Assembly (NCBI GenBank): GCA_051294375.1
Contig: CM119269.1
Coordinates: 14,395,918-14,459,917, forward strand
Direction: 5' to 3'
From: Paraspadella gotoi
Taxonomy: Eukaryota; Animalia; Chaetognatha
Length of the DNA stretch: 64,000 bases
Shown here: one piece after another, positions 1-11,760 of the stretch
How positions within the stretch are numbered: the stretch's first letter is position 1
Layout: each line of letters starts with the position of its first letter
The notes under the pieces: generated by a model
Told to the model about the DNA's origin: nothing
What the model saw: only the letters and a program-made list of their open reading frames with translations
The model's database searches: none
Position numbers and translations under genes: made by a program

Positions 1-553
1 TATATATATGTGTGAAGTATTTTGAGGCTTCACGCCCGCAGAGTCGCGCGTTCGAGACGTCGCTCGTTCCGTGTAATTTGACGAGGGAGCTTAATGGAAG
101 ACTCGCTGAATTTTCCGCCGAATCACGAGGCCAATTATGAAGGAAAAGTCGTGCTTAGGCTTTATTTTCAGTAAAATATTCATAATTTGTCCCGTAAAAG
201 TGTATTAAAGACGAGCGAATCGTTTCTTTGCTGAGTCAAAATAAGAACTAAAAAAATAGTCTCGTGTCTCTTTAAATTACGACGGTCAAACAAAAGACCG
301 GTAAAATAATAAAGGGATACCAAAAAAAGACAGATCAAACGCAATCATGAAGAATTGTAGGCAAATCTGATTGACCTTAAAATGTCAGAGAGAGAGACGG
401 AAAAATAACTTGGCGTGGCATAGTATTTCACAATATAAGTTCAATGATAAAAAAAAATGAGAAACATTGTTTCGTCATATTTATCGGTCGCGTTTCCTTA
501 AATCAGAGTCACGATGTTGATTAGTTGGAAACGCTTCAACGACTTGCGAGCAC

Positions 554-593
<40 letters not shown>
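554..593. repeat. (GAC)n microsatellite
   Basis: About 13 perfect GAC units. The same motif recurs across the window (e.g. 21500-21610, 38150-38178, 53708-53740, 55230-55370). Confidence 0.95.
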
Positions 594-2792
594 AAGTTAA
601 AAGGCTTCCTTCGTGAAGCGAGACAGAGTTAATCATTAACCGAGCAACCATAGACATCAAGTGAAATCAAATCAGGCGTCATCGCACTTCAGGCAAATCA
701 ACGGACGAGCAGTTAGATTTTTGTCACAAGGAATCGCGTCATTTAACGCTTCGCCACGCCTTCAACGCCATCTTGCGCCATTTCGCGCCATCTTGCGTCA
801 TTAAACGTTATCTCAGGAGATCACCCTCAGACTCACGCCATCTCAAAATCATTCGATCGAGAATCAATATATCAATAATGCTGGAAACCTCGAAGTGAAT
901 AAACTGGACAATGTGAGACAATTGCAGGGTCTTGATCTGTTAAGATCTTGTAAGAGGCCCGGTCAATATCAAAAGGCAAGATAGCTTATTCCTATTCTCT
1001 CTCTCTCTCTCTCTCTCTCNNNNNNNNNNNNNNNNNNNNNNNNNNNNNNNNNNNNNNNNNNNNNNNNNNNNNNNNNNNNNNNNNNNNNNNNNNNNNNNNN
1101 NNNNNNNNNNNNNNNNNNNNNNNNNNNNNNNNNNNNNNNNNNNNNNNNNNNNNNNNNNNNNNNNNNNNNNNNTCTCTCTCTATCAAAAGTTTGGCAAAAA
1201 AAATTCTTACTATGTTTTCCTAACTTTTTCTAAAGTTTAAACTGCGGTGAAGATACAAAGTTCGCAAAGAGAATGTATAGACTATACATGTATTGATACA
1301 ACGTATTATGAAACAGCTCCGCTTGCGCTCAGAAAAAAAGGTTTCCCTGACAGATGAGAGACGCAATCGAGTTTTCCTGTTGTCAATACATATCCATCGG
1401 GTATTGATAAATAAATCGTCTCTGTCTCTCTCNNNNNNNNNNNNNNNNNNNNNNNNNCTCTTCTCTCTCTTCTTTTCCTCTCTCTCTCTCTCTCTCTCTC
1501 TTCTCTTCTCTCTCTTAAGATTTAATAAAGAAAGAAACACAATCGGCGGTATTTCGCCACTTTATCACACCGCCACAACTGGCCGAAACCGCACTTATTT
1601 CATACGCCACCATGCAAACCGCACACCTGGCAAAACGCCACAGACGCCACCGAATAAACCTCCTCTATAACTATTACTATTTTAAACCAGTACCTCTACT
1701 GTTTCTCCACCGCTCCACAGCACGTCTTTTCTCACGACACGGAACTAGTCTCTCCCTCACTCACTCCTTTGAGTGGATCCGATCCAATATACCATATAAT
1801 CAGTGTTCTAAAGTCGCCCGACATCTCAGAAATGAGTCTGCGCTGTCTTTCGTGTCACAAGAGACAGTAATGCCAGTATTCAAGCTCGTCTTTTACTTGT
1901 AGTCTCTGTGTATTAATAACACTCCAATAAAAATAGTAACATAAAATAATGAGTGGTGTGTAACTCTGTTAGATCGTCACGAAGAACTGGAGTAAGATGC
2001 ACACGCGAAGAATTGAAAAAGAGATGCCGCAGGAAGTTCTGAGCCGCAAGGAATACCGCGGGGTTGGAGTTCTCCGAAGTCACGATCTCAATGTCACCTC
2101 GTAAGAGCGTAGACAAGCCCTCGGTAAGAGAGCATTGCGCTCTAAGGAGACAGCTGAGAGTACTATCATGTAGGACTCCGAGTATTTGGATGAAAGCAGC
2201 CAACCAGATTAACAAAGAGATTGTGTCATTTTTGAAGTGAGGAATTGTTTTATGTTAATTATCGTTTAGCTGTGAGATTTTTGGAGTAAGTTGAAGAATT
2301 TATTATTACAAGAAGAGTTTTCGAATTTAACTTTAAAAAATCTATAGTGCTTGGATATTGGACTGTACGCGAAGACATATAAGAGAAAAAATATAGAAGA
2401 GTGTGTTTCTCGAACTCCTTCGCGTCGGAGGGGTTTTCGGGCGGATTGGTTACTAGTCGAGAGAGTATAGATAGACGGCAGAGATTAATTTTTAAAGAAG
2501 GATTTAGCGGAAAGTTGGTGTGTGTGTTCAGAGAGAGAGAGAGATGGAGTAATTATGGTTGGTCTCTTGTGACATGGTCTTGCTCACAGGCTATTTGCCG
2601 AAAAACAGTTTAGTTTTGGCAATAACTCTATTCGCTTAACCGCTTACTACCCAATAACCTTAACCCTAACAACGCAACGCTAACAAACCGCTAACCTTAA
2701 TTAGTAATTACCGCTAACCCTAAACTACAGTTAAAGTTTATTTATAAACCTAAGCACACCCTGATACAACAAAGAAAACATAATGATATTAT

Positions 2793-3091
2793 GGTGACTA
2801 AAATCCACCAACCGTTCTTCAGCGCCATTGGTGCCGGAGCAAGTCATTCGCCTTCCCAACCCAAAGGTCCGGGGTTCTAGCCCGGTGTCGTCTGGCAGTT
2901 AAGAGGGACGGGGCGGAGCAGATATTAACGACAGCACGAGAGTGAGCTAACAATAGAGTGTGAGATACGCGAGAAGACTGATCCGAGGACTCGAGAGGGA
3001 GGAGAGAAAGAGACGTATGCTTATAATTGAGACGAGAGAGGTTCGTGAATCAGAGCATGACATGACATAACAATGAATTACTGTCTCTTCA
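2793..3091 (+). mobile_element. tRNA-derived SINE-like repeat, noisy copy 1
   Basis: Collinear with 40032-40266. Shared blocks: ggtg(g)actaaaatccacc, gcaagtcattc, cccaacc(c)aaaggtccggggttctagcccggtg, gcagttaagagggacggggcg, ctgatccga, tgcttata, aattactgtctcttca. Contains a B-box-like GGTTCTAGCCC. Confidence 0.65.
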
Positions 3092-4015
3092 TTGGTTGAG
3101 CACCGAGGCGATGCGACGAACACAACCGAGAAGAGAGAGAGAGAAGAGGCAACAACAACACTTCAGTGCGGACATGCCTCAACCTGGCGATGCCACTTTC
3201 CGCCACAACCACATCAGGTCTGGCCAATGACAAACACTACCAGAGACTTAGTGACCCGAAGACTTTAGCCAAAACAACATCACCTGACGCCGCCACACCG
3301 ACCGAAAAGTCCTCGGCGTCGTCATCCATCGCATCGACATCGAGGCTCGCGCCGAATCCTTTCGCCGCTACGTGTCGCTTCTCTCCTCAATAAAAAATGA
3401 AGGCGAAACTGCGAAACTGAATTATCGAATCCCAGGTGGAGTTCGATTCAACTCTCAGCGCCGAAGCTGTTAACAGCTGACGAACTTTACCGAGTTATGA
3501 ATGCGCGTTACGGTTGGAGAGAATAGTTTTTATCGAGCGTTGGGAATGTATTTCATAAAACATTTAATTTAACTAAACTATATCTAGTATGTACGAAACA
3601 AAAAAAGGTTCTCATGGGCGGGTTGGGATTCTAGCGAAGAGACGCAGAGTAATTTTAAAGAAGGATTTAGACGGAAAGTTGTGTGTGTGTCAGAGAGAGA
3701 GAGAGANNNNNNNNNNNNNNNNNNNNNNNNNNNNNNNNNNNNNNNNNNNNNNNNNNNNNNNNNNNNNNNNNNNNNNNNNNNNNNNNNNNNNNNNNNNNNN
3801 NNNNNNNNNNNNNNNNNNNNNNNNNNNNNNNNNNNNNNNNNNNNAGAGAGAGAATGCAAAAACACCAGAATACGAGTTGAAAAAAAAATACCAGGAAAAG
3901 GAAAAAAAATGATTATGCAAATTTGCATAAGAGCTGGGTTTTGAATGGAGGCCACGTTAAAAACCTTTGGTTCATGATTTGGGAACAGGCTTTTTCTCTC
4001 TTTCTCCTTTTTACT

Positions 4016-4071
<56 letters not shown>

Positions 4072-5280
4072 GTCCCGCCCAGATATTCTTCCCTTTTTTT
4101 CTACCTTAACACGTTTTAATTTTATTCGGAATTGAATTCAGTTGGTTGAGGAATACAAATGTCAGGTTGAAGAATAGACGCGCGAGATAATTACGGTCGC
4201 CGTCGGAATTTGTTGCTTCCTTTCTTTCCTTTCTCCTTTCTCCTTTTTTTTTCTTTTTAATCTTTCTTCTTATGCTTTGTCCTTTCCTTTTTCTTTTTTT
4301 AAATATTTCCTCATCGCTTATTTTTTTTCCTCCGCTAATTTTCTCTCTCGCTCAAACTTTCACTTACAGTTTTACGGTGTTACTTCTTTTTTTTTTTTTT
4401 TTTTNNNNNNNNNNNNNNNNNNNNNNNNNNNNNNNNNNNNNNNNNNNNNNNNNNNNNNNNNNNNNNNNNNNNNNNNNNNNNNNNNNNNNNNNNNNNNNNN
4501 NNNNNNNNNNNNNNNNNNNNNNNNNNNNNNNNNNNNNNNNNNNNNNNNNNNNNNNNNNNCCCCCCCTACTCTTCCTCTTCCCCCACAAACAGAAAATCAT
4601 GACTCTGTTCCAAGAGCATTGACAAAAATTAAAAAGTGAGAAATTTAACTAATTTGCCGAGTAAAACGTAAAACGGAAAAAAAAATTCAAACGGCAATAC
4701 TTTCGTCGACTTTTTGGAATTAAATGAAAGTCAAGAGCGCAACTAAAACATTCAAAGGAGAGATTCCAATCTATATTTTTCTTTCAAACTCCCGCTCCCC
4801 CTTTCTAAAAATAGACGAGTATGAATTTCTGAGAAATCAACTTCGCCAAATGCGACCCTAAATTCCATCGTTGACGGTTTCGGCCTCGCGGCGTCGTTAG
4901 CGTCGCTAAGATTCACGATCGGTCAAATTCATTTAATATTCATTTCGACGATAAAACAAACAAACGCGTCGACGGTCGAAAAAACAAAAAAAACAAAAGA
5001 CGTTGGAAAAAAAAAAGGCTGCTCCGGCGGTGCTCCGCGGCGTCGGCTATAGAGCGGTAATGCTGCAGCGGGAAAGAGCGAAAGGGGAGTTGTAAGATTA
5101 AAATAAAAAAATATGCCTAAAGATTTCGAATTGGTTCCGTTCTTCGTGAAATTTCATTTTTCGGCATTTTGAAGGGGCATCGATGAGCGCCTTCTACGAC
5201 GCGTAAAAATGGTTTCGCCATAAAATTGCGATGAAGCGATAAAAAAGAAAGAGCATCTGATTCGAGACGTGTCGCCGTCG

Positions 5281-5282
<2 letters not shown>

Positions 5283-5372
<90 letters not shown>
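5283..5372. repeat. (AG)n microsatellite (representative of dozens in the window)
   Basis: Perfect AG dinucleotide run. Similar runs border most N-gaps and occur at 20815-20910, 22065-22175, 26043-26150, 36420-36500, 44093-44210, 46477-46557, 50367-50452, 56532-56612 and 56851-56980. Confidence 0.95.
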
Positions 5373-5377
<5 letters not shown>

Positions 5378-5708
5378 TCGAATAAGCGCCCCAGAACGGC
5401 GAGTTTAAGAAGCGATCTCTCGGTCGAGGTTTCTTAATTATCTTTTCAAACGTAAAAAAAAGAAACTCGGTTCACTTATTGCGCAGAATTCTGTTCGAAA
5501 AACACTTGAAATAAAAAATTGTTTTAAAAATCAAACAAGATTCATTTAATAAAAAACGCGGTAAAAAAAATATTTCACTTTCGGCTAAAAATTAGAACAC
5601 CCGAGAAAAAAATGCCCCAAAAAAATATTTTCAGCGCATCCTCGCGAAATCCTTTTCGACAGAGATCCTTCGCTCTCAACCCCTCAACGCCCCCAAAGTC
5701 CCACCCAA

Positions 5709-6004
5709 CCCCCTCCTGCCCCTCCCACCTTCCCAGAAACCCTTTTAATTCTACTCAACTCCCCCCTGCCCCTCCCACCTTCCCAGTAAACCCTTTAATT
5801 CTACTCAACTCCCCCTGCCCCTCCCACCTTCCAGTAAACCCCTTTAATTCTACTCAACCCCCCCTGCCCTCCCACCTTCCAGTAAACCCCTTTAATTCTA
5901 CTCAACCCCCCTGCCCTCCCACCTTCCCAGAAACCCTTTAATTCTACTCAACCCCCCCTGCCCCTCCCACCTTCCCAGAAACCCCTTTAATTCTACTCAA
6001 CCCC
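5709..6004. repeat. Minisatellite, ~49-50 bp unit x ~6
   Basis: Unit cccccctgcccctcccaccttcccag(t)aaacccctttaattctactcaa, with copies starting near 5711, 5761 and 5811. Confidence 0.93.
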
Positions 6005-6494
6005 ATCCAACTTTTCCCGCGCCTTTAAAAAAAAAACCTTGCGAGATGAAATCGGCTGAACTGAGGCTGAAGCGAGAAACGTTCGTCGACTCAGCGAAGG
6101 CGTCGGATCGTGTGAGACTCACCTCGTTAACTCATTCACGTCATCCCATGTTTTTTCGTGTTTTTTTTTCTCTGCGGCGGCCGGTGAGACTTTTAGAGCG
6201 TCCCCGATTCACGAAGATCTTTTTTAGTCTTTCACAGCCAATTTTTTTTTTCGCGACTTTCCCTCGCGGGTTTTCTTTTTAAACGTTTTTTTTTCTCACG
6301 AGCCTTTTTCTTTTACGTAAATCTTTTTTTTGGCCATTTTTTTCGAGAGGCAATTTTCGTCACTATTTTTTTGGGCATTTTTGGGGGTTTTCTCTTACGA
6401 CTGCTTTTTGTCTTTCACAGAACATTTTTTTTATTCTTTCTTGACTACTATTTTCCTCTCACTTTAACTTGTCCAAGTGGCTAATCTCTAACGG

Positions 6495-6845
6495 CTTCTC
6501 TTTCTACGCCTCACTTTCATGACTTCTCTTTCAACGCCTCTCTTTCATGACTTCTCTTTCAACGCCTCTCTTTCATGACTTCTCTTTCAACGCCTCTCTT
6601 TCATGACTTCTCTTTCAACGCCTCTCTTTCATGACTTCTCTTTCAACGCCTCTCTTTCATGACTTCTCTTTCAACGCCTCTCTTTCATTACTTCTCTTTC
6701 AACGCCTCTCTTCCATGACTTCTCTTTCAACGCCTCTCTTTCATGACTTCTCTTTCAACGCCTCTCTTTCATGACTTCTTTTAAAAGCCTCTCTTTCATG
6801 ACTTCTCTTTCCCAGCCTCTTTTTCATGACTTCTCTTTCACCGAC
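6495..6845. repeat. Minisatellite, 28 bp unit x ~12 (two related 14-mers)
   Basis: catgacttctcttt-caacgcctctcttt repeated head-to-tail (6518, 6546, ...) with no unique spacers. Confidence 0.95.
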
Positions 6846-6921
6846 TCTCCCTTTCAGCCTCTCTCAATTTTTTTCCGCTGAACCTTTTCCCAAATCAACG
6901 CGAGTTTGCGAAGGGATTTCT

Positions 6922-6934
6922 GTCGCTTAGCAAC
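6922..6934. promoter_or_regulatory. Candidate RFX X-box motif (GTCGCTTAGCAAC)
   Basis: Matches the RFX-type imperfect palindrome GTNRCY-TAGCAAC. No downstream gene could be identified, so function is unproven. Confidence 0.25.
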
Positions 6935-7012
6935 GCGGGAAACGCTCGAGGATTGAGTGGATTCGAAGCGGAGCGAAAAAAAGGAGAACATTTTACGGAG
7001 CGGGATGATCGA

Positions 7013-7092
7013 TCGAGTGGTCGAGTGGTCGAGTGGTCGAGTGGTCGAGTGGTCGAGTGGTCGAGTGGTCGAGTGGTCGAGTGGTCGAGTGG
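7013..7092. repeat. 8-bp tandem repeat (TCGAGTGG) x10
   Basis: Seen directly. It explains the SSGRVVEW-repeat ORFs. Confidence 0.95.
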
Positions 7093-7253
7093 TTTGGTGG
7101 ACGTGGCGGTCGTTAAATCGCCGGATCGAGTCCGTTTGGATTTTTTGATCCGGTGGATTTGAGTTTTCTAGCGACGAGGGAAGATCGAAATGATTGACTG
7201 ACCGACTAAGTTGATATTTTTTTATGATTAATGGGGGATTCAGGATGGAGGGA

Positions 7254-7383
7254 ATTTTATGACATGGAGAGGATTTTATGACATGGAGAGGATTTTATGA
7301 CATGGAGAGGATTTTATGACATGGAGAGGATTTTATGACATGGAGAGGATTTTATGACATGGAGAGGATTTTATGACATGGAG
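7254..7383. repeat. 19-bp tandem repeat (attttatgacatggagagg) x ~7
   Basis: Units start at 7254, 7273 and onward, and are near identical. Confidence 0.95.
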
Positions 7384-8612
7384 TGGGGGCCACTTTATTC
7401 GAGTCGAAGTTGGTTCCTTATCTTGAAGCTCTTTTAAACTGTCAACGAGAAAAAAAAAATGAGGAAGTTGATAAGATGCTCAGCTCGTGTCAACAAAGTT
7501 AAGAACTTTATATTTTTATACCAAAAATTTGGAGAAAAAAAAAACCTGCTGCTTCCGTCTTTGGCTTCTTGGGCTCAAACTCTTGACCTGTAGAATGGAA
7601 TTGCTTTCGTTGTTCCAGCATATAATCGCAAATGGTTTAAAAGCAACTAATTTAAGGAAGCTTAACATAATATCTGTCTACATAATATTTTGAAGAGTGT
7701 TTACCGATGCATATGACCCTAATTGAGCTCGAGATTTTGGCGTCAGAATTTGATGGATTCGACGTCAGAGGAGAAAAGCAAACATTTCTGAGAAATGACT
7801 GATTCGCTCGAAGAAAGATGAGGCAACCATTTTCTGCTCTTGACGGAACAGGTCGAGGATTTGTCAAACATTTTGCGGATCGTGAATCAAGGAGAGAGAG
7901 AGAGAGNNNNNNNNNNNNNNNNNNNNNNNNNNNNNNNNNNNNNNNNNNNNNNNNNNNNNNNNNNNNNNNNNNNNNNNNNNNNNNNNNNNNNNNNNNNNNN
8001 NNNNNNNGAGAGAGAGAGAGAGAGAAATGACGCATTTATCTTACAGTAGAATGAGTTAATTATACATGAATTATCTTCCAAAATATTTCAATATATAAAG
8101 TCGTTATTTTTTTTTCTCGTTTATTCGCTGAATAATTTAAAATTTAAAAAAATATTAAGAAATTTTGATTTTAGGGAAAAAATATCAAAAAACACATTTT
8201 TTGTCTTTCAGACGTGAGTTAGAATTGAGTTCCAGTTTTGAAAACAAGATTTAGTTTGGAGGAAAAAACAAAAATTGTATTTTCAAATTTACGATTTTTT
8301 TATTTTTAGAATAATTTAAATTTAAATTTCTTTACACCGGGGTTGTTCATATATCCGTATTTTAGCTTTTTATTAGTTCAATTAGTTAATTACTTCTCAA
8401 TTCCTTTGCTTTTCATTCATAAATAAATGGAAGACAGCAATTTTATTTCAAAAGCGGAGAATCGATCGTTCTTTCCTGATAAATAAAGAGAGAGAGAGAG
8501 AGNNNNNNNNNNNNNNNNNNNNNNNNNNNNNNNNNNNNNNNNNNNNNNNNNNNNNNNNNNNNNNNNNNNNNNNNNNNNNNNNNNNNNNNNNNNNNNNNNN
8601 NNNNNNNNNNNN

Positions 8613-8646
<34 letters not shown>

Positions 8647-11069
8647 CCGTGTAACAAAGTGTTGACCGCATGTTAACGAAACCTTCTTCGATGCGTTTGT
8701 GATGATTCGATCAATAAATGAGAATCGATAGAAAGAAAAACGAAGACAAAAAAGAAACGAAGCGAAAAGAAAAGAGAAGAAAGATGAAGACGGAAAAAAT
8801 TAGCGCCAACTTCGGCGAAGACACTTTGCAGGGCGTCGCCGCCTCCGCCGCCGCCGCCGACGAAATGGCTTGGAGTCCAGACGCGAAAATACGAGGGGAG
8901 GGAAAACGACGACAATAAAAGTTAATCATTGTCCCTCGGGAGGCGAGAAGCGGCGCGACGGGCGCTGCCGGGCGCCGGCGGCTGCGGCGGGCGCTGGCGG
9001 TCTCGTCGCCGCCGATGGAATCCGCTTTTTTCCTGTCCTCTCGTCTCCGGCCGTTAGAGTAGGGAAAGGGAGTCGTCGCCGGAAAGTCCCGAGTTCCATC
9101 CCTCGAGGGTCCGCTTTTTGATTCGGGTCGTTTGCTTTCTTATCGACAGTTTTTTTTTCGTTTAAAATTCCGGACGCCAGAGGGAGAAAGAGGAATCAAA
9201 AGAAAGAAATGGAAATTCTCTTTGGTCATCGACGATAACAACAACAACAACAACAACATAACGGGATTCCTTCGCACCGGCAAACACGACTGTCGCACCC
9301 CCTCCCCCTCTCCCCTTCCTCAGCCCCTCTTCTCTCTTTTCCGAGAAATCTTAGCCATCAACAACAGAAAGCAAAGCGTCATTTCGTCCGAATAATTCAT
9401 GCGACCTTCTTCCATTTCTCCCTCCCTCTCCTTTTTTTTCTCTTCCTCCCTTTTCCTTCTCTATTTTTCCTTTTCATTTTCACTTTCCTTTCCCTTATTT
9501 ATTTTTCCTTTTTCCTTTTTTACTTTCCTTTTACTTCTTTATTTTCCCTTTTTCTTTTTCACTTTTATTTTCCTCCTTTATTTTTCCATTTCTTTTTCAC
9601 TTTCCTTTTCCTTCTTTATTTTTCCTTTTATTTTTCCCGTCTCACCCTTTGTTTTCTCTATTTCCGCTATTCTCTATCTTATCTTATTCTTGCTTTTGTC
9701 ACTCTTTTCTTTTTTTTTCATTTCTTTTTTTCACTGTCTCTCCATTTGTTTTCCTCCCTTTCCCTCTTATGCTCCCATTATTTTCTTTCTTTTCTAATCT
9801 TTCTCCTTTCTTCTCTTCTTCTCTCTCTCTCTCTTCTCTTCTCTCTCGCGCTCTCTCTCTCTCTCTCTCTCTCTCCCTCTCTCTTTCTTCCCCTTCCTCG
9901 TCTTCCTCCTTAAACCCAACCAAGAATTCGGCGGGCGAAAAATGAAATCATGTTGTGGATGAGGGAGGCGATGTACCCTATTTTGTGGAGGGAGGGGAAG
10001 AGTTTAGATAGAGGCTCGTGGGAATGGGACGTCCTCTTTCATACATACCTTTACCTTATGTAATATTTACATTCCCCCTTTCTCACAATTACGCGTGCCT
10101 TTGTTGTATTTTGTATATGATTTTTATTTCATTTTATGAAATTGGTAAAACCAAAAACCAAAAATTATCCATTCATTTGACAAATGAGCTATCTTGCCCC
10201 TGACTTCTCTCTTTTAGAAGCAAAATTTAATTTTGTTTCTAAACAAATTGTAAGCTAATTAAAATATTTATTCTAACATCCTCGTCGTGTTTATGTTAAA
10301 GATGCATATTAATTATTCATGGGTAATTTCATGAATACCTTTGTCATTTCCGTAAGAGGAATTTTCCGCTCTCACAATTTTAAAATCTTGTATTTTGAAA
10401 TTTAAAAAGGAAAAAGAAAAAAACTTTTTCAACCAAATCTGACTTTACATAGAAGAGAAAAAAAGGAAGGAAGTTTAATAGAGAGTCACTGGCGGCGGGA
10501 AAGAGTTGGCTCCTCCTCCTCCTCCTCCTACTCCTCCAGATTTTAGCTTCTGGAAAAAAAATATTTAAAAATCAATAAAAAAAGAGAAAAAAAAAACCGA
10601 AAAAGTATGAATTCATGATGAGAGAACGAAACTAAAAATATATTTGTTTTTTCTTTTAGAATATTTATTTGAACTTTTGCTTCTCAAAAGATGATAGCGA
10701 AGAAAACGATAGACGGCGACGACAACAACGACGACAATCATGTCTATAACCTTGTCAGATGACATCCCTAATGATACTCTTTCGTCACTTGTCAATTGTC
10801 CAATCTATAAAGCGGATCGTTTTTCCCTATTTTGATCTTCCACCGTTTTTCTTTTTCCATTCAACCCTTCAATCCACGTATTTGTCGTATTAATCCGTCC
10901 ATCCGAACCATTCGTTCGGTTTTTTTTTTTCATCAATCCCAGAAATACATGTCCGTCTGTCCGTGCCGCGGTTCAATCTTCACCCATCTGTCAGTCTCCG
11001 GACCAGAGATCCGGTCATATCGCGCTGAGAACCGAATGAGAAGCCTCGGCGGGAGAGAGGGAAAATGGG

Positions 11070-11760
11070 GAGGGAGGGAGAATGAAGAGGAGAATGAGAA
11101 GGAGAATGAGGAGGAGAATGAGAAGGAGGATGAGGAGGGGAATGAGAAGGAGAGATGAGGAGGAGAATGAGAAGGAGGATGAGAAGGAGGATTAAGGAGG
11201 AAAGGAAGAAGGAGAGGAATGGAGGAGGAGAAGGAGAAGGAGGTTGAGGATGGAGAAGGAAGAATGAGAAGGAGGATTAGTGAGGAGAAGGGAAGAAGGA
11301 TGAGGAGGAGAATGGAAAGGATGAAATGAGAGGGGAATGAGAAGGAGATGAGGAGGGGAATGAGAAGGAAACTGAGAGGGAAATGAGAAGGAGGAGTAAG
11401 GAGGAAAATGAGAAGGAGGATGAGAAGGAGGATGAGGAGGGGAATGAGAAGGAGGAGGAGAATGGGAAGGAGAATGAGGAGGAGAAGGAGAAGAGGATGA
11501 GAGAGAAAGATGAGGAGGGAATGAGAAGGAGGGATGAGGCAGGAGAAGGAGAATGAGAAGGAGAATGAGGAGGCGAAGGAGAAGGAGAAAAGAAAGGAAA
11601 ATATGAGGAGAATGAGAAGGGAGAATGAGGAGGAGAATGACAGGAAACAAAATGAAATGGAGAAATGAGGAGGAGAGAATAAAAGGGAAGAATGATGAGG
11701 AAAGAGAGGGAGAATGAGAAAAGAAAGAGAGAAAATAAGCACGAGAAAAAAAGAGAGAAT
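11070..11760. repeat. Purine-rich degenerate repeat (gagaatgagaag / gaggag)
   Basis: Low-complexity A/G tract built from ~12-bp motifs. It is the source of the 269-aa and 152-aa pseudo-ORFs. Confidence 0.85.

Noticed and set aside
1913-2215. 100-aa ORF with natural-looking composition
   Set aside because: It lies in an insertion-rich noisy duplicate of 3390-3580, so the apparent complexity comes from read errors.
2630-2760. Telomere or chromosome end (CCCTAA-like)
   Set aside because: The tract is short, highly degenerate and internal. Similar tracts at 23700-23750 and 40300-40445 are repeat-associated.
6495-6845. 28-bp direct repeats as a CRISPR array
   Set aside because: The units are head-to-tail with no unique spacers, there are no cas genes, and the context is eukaryotic.
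10933-11742. 269-aa ORF and the many ER/LS/FFF-rich ORFs in the track
   Set aside because: They are translations of purine/pyrimidine low-complexity tracts, microsatellites or N-gaps, with no domain-like sequence.
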